Assembly (NCBI GenBank): GCA_965215015.1
Contig: OZ244042.1
Coordinates: 4,384,001-4,448,000, forward strand
From: Candidatus Poribacteria bacterium
Lineage (GTDB): Bacteria; Poribacteria; WGA-4E; PCPOR2b
Length of the DNA stretch: 64,000 bases
Reading direction: 5' to 3'
Shown here: piece after piece, positions 1 through 10,131 of the stretch
How the letters are laid out: each line of letters starts with the position of its first letter
Numbering within the stretch: position 1 is the stretch's first letter
Made by a program: the position numbers and the translations under genes
Notes under the pieces: generated by a model
Told to the model about the DNA's origin: nothing
Seen by the model: the letters and a program-made list of their open reading frames with translations, nothing else
Database searches by the model: none

Positions 1-157
1 GGATTGCCCCCCCGACGCGGTTTGCCGCTTCGATCAGTTTCACATCAAGGGGAATGCCGCGTTGGGCTGATTCAGTGACTAATCGGTAGCATGTTGTCAG
101 GCCAGCGATACCGCCGCCGATGACGCTTACCTGTTTTCGGTTTGAGGTGTTTACCAT
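1..157 (-). CDS. Protoporphyrinogen oxidase (HemY-type), N-terminal part, runs off the window edge
   Basis: Manual translation MVNTSNRKQVSVIGGGIAGLTTCYRL...VKLIEAANRVGGAI: FAD-binding GxGxxG plus E-x4-R-x-GG; starts 3 bp downstream of the ggt stop. Confidence 0.7.
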   Translation of the reverse strand, partial: MVNTSNRKQVSVIGGGIAGLTTCYRLVTESAQRGIPLDVKLIEAANRVGGAI

Positions 158-160
158 GCC

Positions 161-1897
161 TTACCATCCGATTGCGTACGATGTTGATCTTGGATCCGCC
201 CCGCCCGTACGGACGCCGGTATCGTGATCGACGGTGATAGCGCAGACACAGCTGACCGATCCCCAGTCTTGATTATCGTGGACGATGTGTCCGCGTTCTC
301 TTAAAACCTCTCGTACCCCCGCGTCAACACGCGCTTCAACGGTCACCTCGCCGGGCTGAATACCGTGGGGCCAGAACGAGTTAGGGAAACTGTGCGTAAC
401 AGCGCGGGGTGCCTCGATAGCCTCCTGCGGCTCCATCCCAAATTCGACGATATTGAGGAAGACCTGTAGCATCCCCTGAACCTGTGCATCTCCACCGGGG
501 CAGCCGAAAGGCATGAACGGCTTTCCATCCTTGAGAGCCAGCGCGGGGTTCGGTGTGAGGCGTGGACGCTTCCGCGGCTGCAGACAACACGGATGCTCCG
601 GATCGAGCCATGTCTGTGTGCCACGCGACGAGATTGGGAAGCCCAAGCCCGGAATGACAGGTGTTCCCCCAACGCCGTCTGAGGGCGTTGCTGAAAAGGC
701 GTTGCCGACTTCATCAACCACGCAGATGTAGCTGGTATCCGTTTCCCATTCGGATGTATATTCCGGTCGGGGACAATCCGGATTCAAAGTTGGGAAGGGA
801 CCATTTTCGCGACGGGGTTCGGGATGGAATCGCCACGGATTGCCGGGCACCGGCATATCGGGCGCAGCGTGTTGTGGGTCAATTGCTCTGCGCCTTTCGG
901 CGGCATATCTTCCATCTAGTAATCCCGCCATTGGCACCTGCACAAAATCAGGGTCGCCAAAGTAGGCGTGCCTATCTGCAAAGGCGAGCTTGAGGGATTC
1001 GACCATGGTGTGGAGATAGTCCGCGCTGTTGTGTCCAACCGCCTTCAGATCAACCCCTTCGAGGATTTTCAACGCCATGTTTAGTGTGGGACCTTGACAC
1101 CAGGGTCCGCAGGTGTAAACATCATAGCCTTTGTAGGTGATATGCTCCGGCGGCTCGACGCGCACTGAAAACGATGCCAGATCCTCGTAAGTCAGCAGAC
1201 CACCCTCTGCCCGATAGAAATCGGCGATTTCGTGGGCGATTTCACCCTTGTAGATTAGGTCACGTGCCGCATGGATACCGGCATGTCGATCTCCACTATT
1301 TTTGCGTTCGGCTTCGATCATCCGCTTGAAAGTTTCTGCGAGGTCTTTTTGGACAAAGATCTCTCCAATGTGGGGTACATGTCCACCGGGGTTGTACACC
1401 GCGGCGGTTGAGGGGCAATTTCTGACGCTGTCCCCACTTACAAGTCCGTAAAACTGGTCATCGACGGGTCTCCCGTTTTCCACAAGGTCTAAGGCGGGTT
1501 GGATGACCTGTTCAAACGTCATTGTGCCGAATCGCGCAAGTGCCGTCAGCCATCCATCGGGAGCTGCGGGGGTGACTGTACGCAGAATCCCGGCGGGCAG
1601 ATCTCCGCTGTGATGTTTGTGGAAGTAGTCCATCGTTGCAGCTTGGGGCCATCGTCCGAGCCCGCTAACCGTTTCAACGGGTCCACCTGACGCTGGACAG
1701 TAGATAATCGGCGCGACGCCACCAAAGTGTGCAGAACCGGGCTGCAGGACGTTGATACAAATGCCAGTCGCTACACCGGCGTCGGCGGCGTTGCCTCCAC
1801 TTTCGAGGATGCGAACTCCCGCCATCGTTGCGAGATAGTGAAGCGATGAGACAAGATAACGTTTCCCTCGTACTGAGGGGCGGTGACTGTTTGGCAT
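161..1897 (-). CDS. ggt: Gamma-glutamyltransferase family protein
   Basis: GGNAADA, N-terminal nucleophile T in DTSYICVVD, PRKRPRLTPNP, C-terminal GGADPR; start moved to MPNSH after an AGGAG RBS. Confidence 0.9.
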   Translation of the reverse strand: MPNSHRPSVRGKRYLVSSLHYLATMAGVRILESGGNAADAGVATGICINVLQPGSAHFGGVAPIIYCPASGGPVETVSGLGRWPQAATMDYFHKHHSGDLPAGILRTVTPAAPDGWLTALARFGTMTFEQVIQPALDLVENGRPVDDQFYGLVSGDSVRNCPSTAAVYNPGGHVPHIGEIFVQKDLAETFKRMIEAERKNSGDRHAGIHAARDLIYKGEIAHEIADFYRAEGGLLTYEDLASFSVRVEPPEHITYKGYDVYTCGPWCQGPTLNMALKILEGVDLKAVGHNSADYLHTMVESLKLAFADRHAYFGDPDFVQVPMAGLLDGRYAAERRRAIDPQHAAPDMPVPGNPWRFHPEPRRENGPFPTLNPDCPRPEYTSEWETDTSYICVVDEVGNAFSATPSDGVGGTPVIPGLGFPISSRGTQTWLDPEHPCCLQPRKRPRLTPNPALALKDGKPFMPFGCPGGDAQVQGMLQVFLNIVEFGMEPQEAIEAPRAVTHSFPNSFWPHGIQPGEVTVEARVDAGVREVLRERGHIVHDNQDWGSVSCVCAITVDHDTGVRTGGADPRSTSYAIGW

Positions 1898-2041
1898 GGG
1901 TATTTCTCCTCTCTTAAGAAGTTCATTAAACTGATGGACCATGTACGTTGTGTTCAGGCATCACGTTTCACGCATTCTATAGACATATCTCATCACTCAG
2001 AAAGTGTGTGGAGAATATAGCTCATGGGATTCTTGGCTAAA

Positions 2042-3028
2042 TCAAGCGTCCGGCACTTCCCAATCGAGCAGCACCCCCAGTGCCTCATTCATTCGGGTGT
2101 AGAGCAGGTCAAATGCGGCAGCAGCTTCGGTGTAAGGGAAGCGGTGGGTCGTCATTTTCTCTGTCTGGATAACCCCTGAACCGAGCAGCTGCATCGCTCG
2201 CAGTGCTACGCCGGCGGGAACAACTTGGCCATAATAGCCGCCGAGGAGTCTCCGCCGTTGGATCTTGCTCGACATGAGCGGCAACGGTTGATCTTCATAT
2301 AAGCCAATCAGATGTAGCAACCCACCGACCGCTAGCATATCCAAGCCCTGATCGAAGGCTTTCGGCCCCGCCGGTCCACCGACAGCGTAAGCCACTATGT
2401 TCGCGCCGACTCCGTTGGTCAATTTCTGGACAGCTCGGACGGGATTTTCGTCGCTGGCATTGATGACTGCGTCTGCCCCTAACTCCTCGGAGAGTGTGCA
2501 TCGGCTATCAAGTGTGTCCACTGCAATAATACGCCCACGTCCATTGGCTTTTGCGACCTGCATCAGGAGGCTGCCGACTAACCCCTGTCCAATAATGACC
2601 ACCGTATCGTAAGGCTGGATGTCCTCGATGTCTATCCAAGACACGGCACCGGAGGTCAGCGGATAGTAGGTTGCTTGGTCGAAATTCACCGACGGTAGCA
2701 TGGGGACAACTTGGGCTTGGTCTTGGGGCGAGCTCAAATGGACGGGCCGAACGGTATATTGTGCATGTGGTGCTGAAGCGACAACGCGATCACCTATAGC
2801 GTAGTGTTCAACTCCATCGCCGACGGCGTCGACGATTCCTGCGAGTGAATATCCCATGCTTTCGGGATTGACCGCATATTCGCGGGTATACCGTCCTCCC
2901 ATCTCTGAGCCTCGACTGATGAGGCTCCGCACGGCTTTGACACGGACCTGGCCGGGACCGGGTTCAGGCATCGGTGCATCTTCGATAACAACGTTAAATT
3001 TCCCTTCTGGCTTGGCGACTCGTTTCAT
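2042..3028 (-). CDS. Zinc-binding/MDR alcohol dehydrogenase family
   Basis: GroES-like N-terminus (SLISRGSE, MGYSLAG) and Rossmann GQGLVG. Confidence 0.85.
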   Translation of the reverse strand: MKRVAKPEGKFNVVIEDAPMPEPGPGQVRVKAVRSLISRGSEMGGRYTREYAVNPESMGYSLAGIVDAVGDGVEHYAIGDRVVASAPHAQYTVRPVHLSSPQDQAQVVPMLPSVNFDQATYYPLTSGAVSWIDIEDIQPYDTVVIIGQGLVGSLLMQVAKANGRGRIIAVDTLDSRCTLSEELGADAVINASDENPVRAVQKLTNGVGANIVAYAVGGPAGPKAFDQGLDMLAVGGLLHLIGLYEDQPLPLMSSKIQRRRLLGGYYGQVVPAGVALRAMQLLGSGVIQTEKMTTHRFPYTEAAAAFDLLYTRMNEALGVLLDWEVPDA

Positions 3029-3065
3029 TCAGTATTCCTTTCCATTCCGCGTTAGCGTTTGTCCA

Positions 3066-3400
3066 TTAGGCCTTCTTCCTCGGTTTCCATTCACGCGCCA
3101 AACGCTGGGCTTCCGCAATTTGAGCAGGAGTCATCGCTTCAGCGATTCTATCGCGCTCTTCGTAGGCTATCTCCATACCTGATATTCCCGCGAGATTATA
3201 CCACATATGCGCGATGACGAGTTTTGAGCAACACCCCTACCATTTTTATACATCGCACCAAGTTTAAACTGTGCCAAGAAATAATCTTGCGCTGCGGTTT
3301 TGTAATCTCCTCGTTTATAAGCATCCATACCCGCCTGATAGTTCACCCACACAGACGCAGCAGTAGATAAGCACATCATCAAAACAGAAATTACACCCTG
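3066..3400 (-). pseudogene. Degraded Sel1-repeat protein
   Basis: GMDAYKRGDYKTA..AQFKLGAMYKNGRGVAQN in one frame, then AHMWYNLAG..RDRIAEAMTPAQIAEAQRLAREWKP* in another; internal deletion and frameshift. Confidence 0.75.
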
Positions 3401-3648
3401 CAGCGTTGAATAGCATACAATTTGCCCCCAATCTTGATGGGACTGGGGACTTTGCACACGTTGTTTCGCACCCTTAGTTCTCCACACATTTTTTGCCCTC
3501 GTGAATCACCTTCCTTTTGTTAATGTTGACACAAGTTAATACCGAATAATTGTGTTGGGTAAATTGTATAAACCTGATACAATAAAAATATACCACGATG
3601 AATAAACCGAGTCAATTGAAATATCCAAATTATACAGGAGGGTGTTTG

Positions 3649-4806
3649 ATGAAGATTACTGATATTAAGGCGTTTCCGGTGCGGGTAGGCGGCACCCAAC
3701 TTGTGGTGAAAGTGGAGACTGATGCGGGGATTTATGGGGTGGGTGAAGCTGGCATACCCAGCCGCGCTTTGGCTGTGAGTGGAGCCGTTCGGCATTATCG
3801 TGAATTTCTGGTCGGTCAAGATCCGATGCGTATCGGGGCTTTGTGGCAGGAGATGTATCGGAGCCAATATTTTGAGGGCGGCCGTGTCCTCACCGCCGCC
3901 ATCGCTGCAATTGACATCGCGCTTCATGACATCGCCGGTAAAGCTTTGGGGGTTCCGGTCTATCAACTGCTTGGTGGGAAACAACGGGATTATGTCCCTT
4001 GCTTCGCGACAACCCACGCCCAATCGGCAGAGCAGCTGATCGCGGATGCCAATTTATTGATTGAAAATGGGTGGAATGTCATCCGGACATGGATAGCGCG
4101 GGGGGCGGAGGGACCGAATCAAAATATTTTCGAGCCTCGCGAATCAATTGCGCTGACAGCGACGTGGCTGACACAGCTGCGAGAGGCTATTGGTCCTGAA
4201 CCTGTCCTCGGCGTTGACTACCATCATCGTCTCAGTGTTGCGGAAGCGGCTTCTTTCTGTCATCGGATGCCTCCCGGCACCCTTGATTTTTTGGAGGAAC
4301 CAATCCGAGATGAGACGCCGGAGGCCTATGAATCGTTGCGAACGATGGTAGATGTGCCCTTCGCGATTGGGGAGGAGATTTCGAGCAAATGGGATTTTCT
4401 TCCTTACATTGAACGGGGGATTACCAATTTTGTTCGTCTTGACGTTTGCAATGTTGGGGGGTTGACAGAGGCGATGAAGGTTGCTAGTTTGGCGGAAGTG
4501 CACTACATTGACCTCATGCCGCATAACCCCTTGGGAACGGTTTGTACTGCAGCGACAATTCACTTGGCGGCGGCGGTGCCCAATTTTGCATGGCTCGAGA
4601 TAAGGGAATCGCCAACGGAACGTTCGGGACGCTATGATACGGACCTATTTCCTGTCCAACCGCAGCCTGAAGGCTCGCGCTTTCCAGTTCCCGAGTTACC
4701 GGGGCTTGGGGTCGAGTTCAATGAGGACTTGGCACTTGCAAATCCTGCGGGGATTGGGCAGGGACCTCTCCTCCGCCGACGCGATGGATCTGTTACCAAT
4801 GCGTAA
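3649..4806 (+). CDS. Mandelate racemase/muconate lactonizing enzyme family (galactonate dehydratase-like)
   Basis: MKITDIK start, VETDAGIYGVGE, DIALHDIAGKALGVPVYQLLGG, metal ligands D/E/E (VDYHH, LEEP, IGEE), PHNP. Confidence 0.9.
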   Translation: MKITDIKAFPVRVGGTQLVVKVETDAGIYGVGEAGIPSRALAVSGAVRHYREFLVGQDPMRIGALWQEMYRSQYFEGGRVLTAAIAAIDIALHDIAGKALGVPVYQLLGGKQRDYVPCFATTHAQSAEQLIADANLLIENGWNVIRTWIARGAEGPNQNIFEPRESIALTATWLTQLREAIGPEPVLGVDYHHRLSVAEAASFCHRMPPGTLDFLEEPIRDETPEAYESLRTMVDVPFAIGEEISSKWDFLPYIERGITNFVRLDVCNVGGLTEAMKVASLAEVHYIDLMPHNPLGTVCTAATIHLAAAVPNFAWLEIRESPTERSGRYDTDLFPVQPQPEGSRFPVPELPGLGVEFNEDLALANPAGIGQGPLLRRRDGSVTNA

Positions 4807-4920
4807 AGGTTGGGTTGTTCTGAATGACCTAAGTTGCTCCTTAAAACTCCAGTGGGGGGGTCATTTTCAGCAACTCCCGATGTGGCTCAACTGGAATCTC
4901 AAGAAGTAAGGGAGAAACAG

Positions 4921-5040
4921 ATGAGTATGATAGATACCTTCAAAATGAATAAGAGTGTCCTTTCAGTAATAGCACTTTCTGACAGGTCAGACGAAAGGGA
5001 ATATTACGCCACAGGAACACTTAGAAGCCGTTGAGTTGAT
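4921..5040 (+). pseudogene. Fragment of a small hypothetical (antitoxin-like) protein
   Basis: MSMIDTFKMNKSVLSVIALSDRSDEREYY, then frameshift to PQEHLEAVEL; truncated at a REP half-site near 5049. Confidence 0.4.
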
Positions 5041-5059
5041 CTGCACTGCCCCCGCTTGC

Positions 5060-5459
5060 AGAACACCATCAACTTGTGAAACGGGGGACAGAGTTGATAA
5101 TAGATGAGGAAAAGTCGGTTGGCGGAGGCCTCGGACGACCGTCGGGGGCGCGGTTCCGTACCTATGAACGGCTGAAGCAGTACGCCAACGAGGTAAAAGG
5201 AATGCTATTTGATACGCAAGACCTCGGACGAGCCATTGAAGACATCAATCGATACCCGTTGCGTCAGGAGGCGACCGACGCCCTGAATCGCCAACTGCGT
5301 AGCGATATTTCCGATCAAGCCCTGGCGGAACGGGTAATCGCGCTGCGGAACGAAGATCGGCTCTGTATTATTCAAGAGGAGGCGCGAACACGAGAACCGC
5401 AGATTATCTGTTCATTGGGGCTTGCCGCCAGCGAAGGAGAGAACACCGATGCCAATTAA
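5060..5459 (+). pseudogene. C-terminal remnant of the helicase-related partner of the methyltransferase
   Basis: GGGLGRPSGARFRTYERLK...EPQIICSLGL resembles C-termini of SNF2-type helicases upstream of Eco57I-like MTases; overlaps the MTase start; no credible own start. Confidence 0.6.
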
Positions 5460-8400
5460 TCGCGACCAAACCTGCCAACTCCTTGGAGACTTTGAATTTG
5501 AAACGCTCCTGATTGAAGAGCTCGGTTGGGATTACCACACACAAAGTCTCAACATTACCATTGATGAAACCGAATACCTATTGATCGCAATTGCCGAGAA
5601 ACGCGGGATGGTTGTCTTTCACTGCCCGGCAAGGACCGATGGAAATATTCCAGATTATGCGACCCGGCGTAAAATTCAACGGGAGGTTGCCAAATCTGTC
5701 CACGAACACCTCATTATTTATACTAACACTGAGAGAACCACACAGATTTGGCAATGGGTCAAACGGGAGCCGGGGAAACCCCTCGCATGTCGTGAACACC
5801 GTTACGATTCTGAACAGTCCGGTGAGTCCCTAATTCAAAAACTGGAAACGATTGCTGTTAGCTTCGACGAGGAAGAAGACATCACACTGCCGGACGTCAC
5901 CGGGCGCGTTCGGGCAGCTTTTGACGTAGAACGCGTGACCAAACGATTCTATGACCGTTTCAAGACGGAACACGCCCAGTTCCTCAATTTTCTCGAAGGG
6001 ATTCCCGATTCAGAGATGGAACGCTGGTACGCCTCTGTGATGCTGAATCGCTTGATGTTCATCTACTTTATTCAGAAAAAGGGCTTCCTGAACGACGATA
6101 TTGAATATTTGCGGACCAAGCTGACAGGAAGCCAAGTCAACGGTAATGATCGATACTACACCGATTTTCTCTGTCCACTCTTCTTTGAGGGATTTGCAAA
6201 ACCAGAATCGGAACGGAGCAGAGAGGTACATCGCTTGCTCGGAAAAGTGCCTTACCTGAACGGCGGCATCTTCCAACGACACCAACTTGAAGAAATTTAT
6301 GGGGAAAGGATTCAAATCGCTGACGCTGCATTCGAGAAGCTTTTTAACTTCTTTGAAGATTACCAATGGCACCTCGATGAACGTCCACTGCGGAACGATA
6401 ACGAGATTAACCCCGATGTCCTCGGTTACATCTTTGAAAAATATATCAACCAGAAGCAGATGGGCGCGTACTACACCAAAGAGGACATCACGGAGTATAT
6501 CAGCAAAAACACGGTGATTCCGTTCCTGTTTGATGCCGCACGCAAGGAGTGTAAAATCGCTTTCGAGGGGGAAGCAAGTGTCTGGGGACTGCTACAAGCC
6601 AACCCAGACCGTTACATCTACGATGCTGTCAAAACAGGTGTCAAAGGAGATCTGCCATCGGAGATTGCGGCAGGGATTGACGATGTATCCAAACGCGGAC
6701 TGTGGAACACACTTGCGCCCGATGAATACGCTTTGCCGACCGAAACATGGCGAGAGACCGTCGCACGGCGGAGCCGATACGAAGCAGTTCGCACCCAGCT
6801 GTCAAACGGCGAAATAGATGAGGTTAATGCACTCATTACCTATAATCTCGACATCCGTCAATTCGCACAGGACGTGATCGAAAATTGTGAAGGGCCCGAG
6901 CTACTGCGCGCCTTCTGGAAAGCCATCACTCAGGTGACCATCCTCGATCCGACCTGCGGTTCCGGCGCGTTCCTATTTGCCGCCCTCAATATCCTTGAAC
7001 CGCTCTACGAAGCGTGTCTGGATCAGATGGAAATATTCCTTGACGACCTACAACACTCGCCCCGCTTGCGGGGGGGTAGAGATTTTCGCAAAATCCTTAA
7101 AAGCATCGATCAACACCCCAACCGCCGCTATTTCATCCTGAAGTCAATTATTATCAACAACCTTTACGGTGTAGACATTATGGAGGAGGCGATAGAAATT
7201 TGCAAGTTGCGGCTCTTCCTCAAAATGGTGGCACAGATCGAGGACGTGCGACAGATTGAACCGCTCCCCGACATCGACTTTAATATACAGGGGGGGAATA
7301 CACTCGTCGGCTATGCGACATACGACGAAGTAGAAAAAGCGGTCACCGAAAACAGAATAGACTTCGACAACACCATGGAAAGCCTCCAAGAAAAGGCAGA
7401 GGATGTCGAGTATTTGTTTGCTCTGTTTCGTCAGCAGCAGACGGAATTGGGCGGGGCCGTCAAGTCTAATGACAAACAGGCCTTACGCGATAAGCTCAAA
7501 GCGTTAGAAGATGAACTCAACCGATACCTTGCCGGAGAGTACGGCGTAGATCCGAACAAGAAAGCTGCTTACCAGAAGTGGCTCTCTTCACACAAGCCGT
7601 TTCATTGGTTCATAGAGTTTTACGGCATTCTCAAGGCCGGTGGCTTTGATGTAATTATCGGCAATCCACCGTATGTAGAATATAGCAAAGTAAAAAAACA
7701 ATACACAGTAATGGAAGCCCAAACCGAAAAGTGCGGGAATTTGTATCCGATGACCATTGAAAGATCTATTAATTTAAATAAAGGGCTAGTTGGAATGATT
7801 GTCCAATTGCCTTTAGTATGTACTGATCGCATGATACCGGCACAATCACTCTTCAAGACACGACACCGAAAAAGCTGGTTTGCCAATTTCGATGACAGAC
7901 CGGGAAAACTCTTTGATGACTTACAGCATATACGTGCCACCATTTTCCTCTCTAAAAAAGAAAAAAACCTGGATATGACTGAACTGTATGCCACGCAATA
8001 TAAAAGATGGTTTACGAAAGCCCGTTCGACTCTCTTTGAGGACATAGCTTATGAAGATATAACCAAAATTTGCTTTAAAGGTGCGTTCCCTAAGATAGGA
8101 GACTCTGTCGGGAAACGCATTGCCACCAAGCTCAAGAATACAAATAGATCTATTTTGAGTTTTAAGACTGGACAATTTCCTTGTTATTTTCATAATTCAC
8201 CCCAATACTGGATCCGTGCTACGGATTTTGTTCCCTATTTCTGGAATGAACGAGATGGCGAAAAAATGTCAACCCAGGTCAAACCTTTGTATTTAACAAC
8301 AGAATTAGATGCAGGCGTAGTCGTAGCAACTTTGAACAGTTCACTCTTTTATTGGTGGTTTATTCTTCTCTCTGATTGCCGCCACTTGAATTTACGTGAG

Positions 8401-8688
8401 ATTAGACATTTCCCAATCGGCGTTGATAGAATAGAAGAGGCAATGAAGCACAGGCTTTGTAGAATTTCCGATGACCTGATGATGGATTTAAGACGCCACG
8501 CCCAGCGCAAGGAGACTTATTACCAAACCACCGGACGCGTCGTCTATGACGAGTTCTATCCGCGTCACTCCAAACCCATCATAGACGAAATTGACCGGCT
8601 GCTCGCCCAACACTACGGCTTAACCGACGAAGAATTAGACTTCATCATCAACTACGACCTCAAATACCGGCTGGGGTTGGGAAACTGA
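5449..8688 (+). CDS. Eco57I-like (type IIG-like) N6-adenine DNA methyltransferase with target-recognition region
   Basis: LGYIFEKYINQKQMGAYYT, motif I ILDPTCGSGAF, LYGVDI, motif IV FDVIIGNPPY, C-terminal YGLTDEELDFIINYDLKYR. Confidence 0.9.
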   Translation: MPINRDQTCQLLGDFEFETLLIEELGWDYHTQSLNITIDETEYLLIAIAEKRGMVVFHCPARTDGNIPDYATRRKIQREVAKSVHEHLIIYTNTERTTQIWQWVKREPGKPLACREHRYDSEQSGESLIQKLETIAVSFDEEEDITLPDVTGRVRAAFDVERVTKRFYDRFKTEHAQFLNFLEGIPDSEMERWYASVMLNRLMFIYFIQKKGFLNDDIEYLRTKLTGSQVNGNDRYYTDFLCPLFFEGFAKPESERSREVHRLLGKVPYLNGGIFQRHQLEEIYGERIQIADAAFEKLFNFFEDYQWHLDERPLRNDNEINPDVLGYIFEKYINQKQMGAYYTKEDITEYISKNTVIPFLFDAARKECKIAFEGEASVWGLLQANPDRYIYDAVKTGVKGDLPSEIAAGIDDVSKRGLWNTLAPDEYALPTETWRETVARRSRYEAVRTQLSNGEIDEVNALITYNLDIRQFAQDVIENCEGPELLRAFWKAITQVTILDPTCGSGAFLFAALNILEPLYEACLDQMEIFLDDLQHSPRLRGGRDFRKILKSIDQHPNRRYFILKSIIINNLYGVDIMEEAIEICKLRLFLKMVAQIEDVRQIEPLPDIDFNIQGGNTLVGYATYDEVEKAVTENRIDFDNTMESLQEKAEDVEYLFALFRQQQTELGGAVKSNDKQALRDKLKALEDELNRYLAGEYGVDPNKKAAYQKWLSSHKPFHWFIEFYGILKAGGFDVIIGNPPYVEYSKVKKQYTVMEAQTEKCGNLYPMTIERSINLNKGLVGMIVQLPLVCTDRMIPAQSLFKTRHRKSWFANFDDRPGKLFDDLQHIRATIFLSKKEKNLDMTELYATQYKRWFTKARSTLFEDIAYEDITKICFKGAFPKIGDSVGKRIATKLKNTNRSILSFKTGQFPCYFHNSPQYWIRATDFVPYFWNERDGEKMSTQVKPLYLTTELDAGVVVATLNSSLFYWWFILLSDCRHLNLREIRHFPIGVDRIEEAMKHRLCRISDDLMMDLRRHAQRKETYYQTTGRVVYDEFYPRHSKPIIDEIDRLLAQHYGLTDEELDFIINYDLKYRLGLGN

Positions 8689-8708
8689 CCCAACCAAAGG
8701 ATCCTAAA

Positions 8709-8951
8709 ATGAAATTAATCACAGTTTTGAGCGTAATATCTCTACTCTTTGCTATCCCCGCGTTCAGCACCCTGACCGTAGCGGATATTGAGAAGATTCG
8801 CTCAATCATCAAAGCGTTGGACAAACGCCTGACCGGCGAAATCGAAACATTAGGCGAACGATGCCGTGGTCATCGGGATACCACAAATCATCGTCGCCAT
8901 GCAGCGAAAAGATATTTGATTCATATCCTCCTGTTAATCCTTAAATCCTGA
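8709..8951 (+). pseudogene. Frameshifted copy of small signal-peptide/coiled-coil/TM protein
   Basis: Near-identical to 9753..10007 but lacks 44 bp encoding the TM helix. Confidence 0.75.
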
Positions 8952-10060
8952 AAATCCTGATTCAGACTTCATCTCTTTGCTATCCCCGCGTTCAGCACCC
9001 TGACCGTAGCGGATATTGAGAAGATTCGCTCAATCATCAAAGCGTTGGACAAACGCCTGACCGGCGAAATCGAAACATTAGGCGAACGATGCCGTGGTCA
9101 TCGGGATACCACAAATCATCGTCGCCATGCAGCGAAAAGATATTTGATTCATATCCTCCTGTTAATCCTTAACTCCTGAAAATCCTGATTCAGACTTCAT
9201 CTCTTTGCTATCCCCGCGTTCAGCACCCTGACCATAGCGGATATTGAGAAGATTCGCTCAATCATCAAAGCGTTGGACAAACGCCTGACCGGCGAAATCG
9301 AAACATTAGGCGAACGATGCCGTGGTCATCGGGATACCACAAATCATCGTCGCCATGCAGCGAAAAGATATTTGATTCATATCCTCCTGTTAATCCTTAA
9401 CTCCTGAAAATCCTGATTCAGACTTCATCTCTTTGCTGTCCCCGCGTTCAGCGCCCTGACCGCAGCAGACATTGAGAAGATTCGCTCAATCATCAAAGCG
9501 TTGGACAAACACCTGACCGGCGAAATCGAAACATTAGGCGAACGATGCCGTGGTCATCGGGATACCACAAGTCAGCGTCGCCATGCAGCGAAAAGACATA
9601 CGTACACAAGACGAAAAAATTGAAGGCTTGTAGTCGGTATCAATTTGATTCATATCCTCCTGTTAATCCTTAACTCCTGAAAATCCTGATTCAGACTTCA
9701 TCATCAAATACCGGCTGGGGTTGGGAAAATGACCCAACCAAAGAATCCTAAAATGCAGTTAATCACAGTTTTGAGCGTAATATCTTTACTCTTTGCTGTC
9801 CCCGCGTTCAGCGCCCTGACCGCAGCAGACATTGAGAAGATTCGCTCAATCATCAAAGCGTTGGACAAACACCTGACCGGCGAAATCGAAACATTAGGCG
9901 AACGATTAAACCACATCTTTATGCTGGTCATGGCTTTGGTAGTTTTCATTGCCGTGGTCATCGGGATACCACAAGTCATCGTCGCCATGCAGCGAAAAGA
10001 TATTTGATTCATATCCTCCTGTTAATCCTTAACTCCTGAAAATCCTGATTCAGACTTCAT
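8745..10060 (+). repeat. Tandem array of 228-bp units derived from a small membrane-protein gene plus REP-like spacer
   Basis: gct(a/g)tccccgcgttcagc recurs at 8751, 8979, 9207, 9435 (period 228) and 9795; each unit ends in aatcctgaaaatcctgattcagacttcat. Confidence 0.95.
9753..10007 (+). CDS. Small hypothetical protein: signal peptide, short coiled coil, TM helix
   Basis: MQLITVLSVISLLFAVPAFSA-LTAADIEKIRSII...IFMLVMALVVFIAVVIGIPQ; the only unit without the 44-bp deletion. Confidence 0.55.
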   Translation: MQLITVLSVISLLFAVPAFSALTAADIEKIRSIIKALDKHLTGEIETLGERLNHIFMLVMALVVFIAVVIGIPQVIVAMQRKDI

Positions 10061-10131
10061 CATCAAATACCGGTTGCAGGAGGAGACCAATGATGCCTTT
10101 GTGTGGATTTACCAGTTAGCCTATGATAAAA

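Noticed and set aside
8709-9630. Selenocysteine read-through of in-frame TGA codons joining the 76-codon units
   Set aside because: The TGAs come from the aatcctga repeat, part of each unit is out of the original frame, and no SECIS-like hairpin is evident; the SelA-like gene at 28083 looks DgaE-type.
9704-10012. 102-aa minus-strand ORF in the tandem array
   Set aside because: Antisense shadow of the small membrane-protein gene; the AGGAGG is only 2 nt from the ATG and derives from the repeat.
8745-10060. CRISPR array or diversity-generating retroelement TR/VR
   Set aside because: Units are 228 bp with no unique spacers, differences are not adenine-specific, and no cas or reverse transcriptase gene is in the window.
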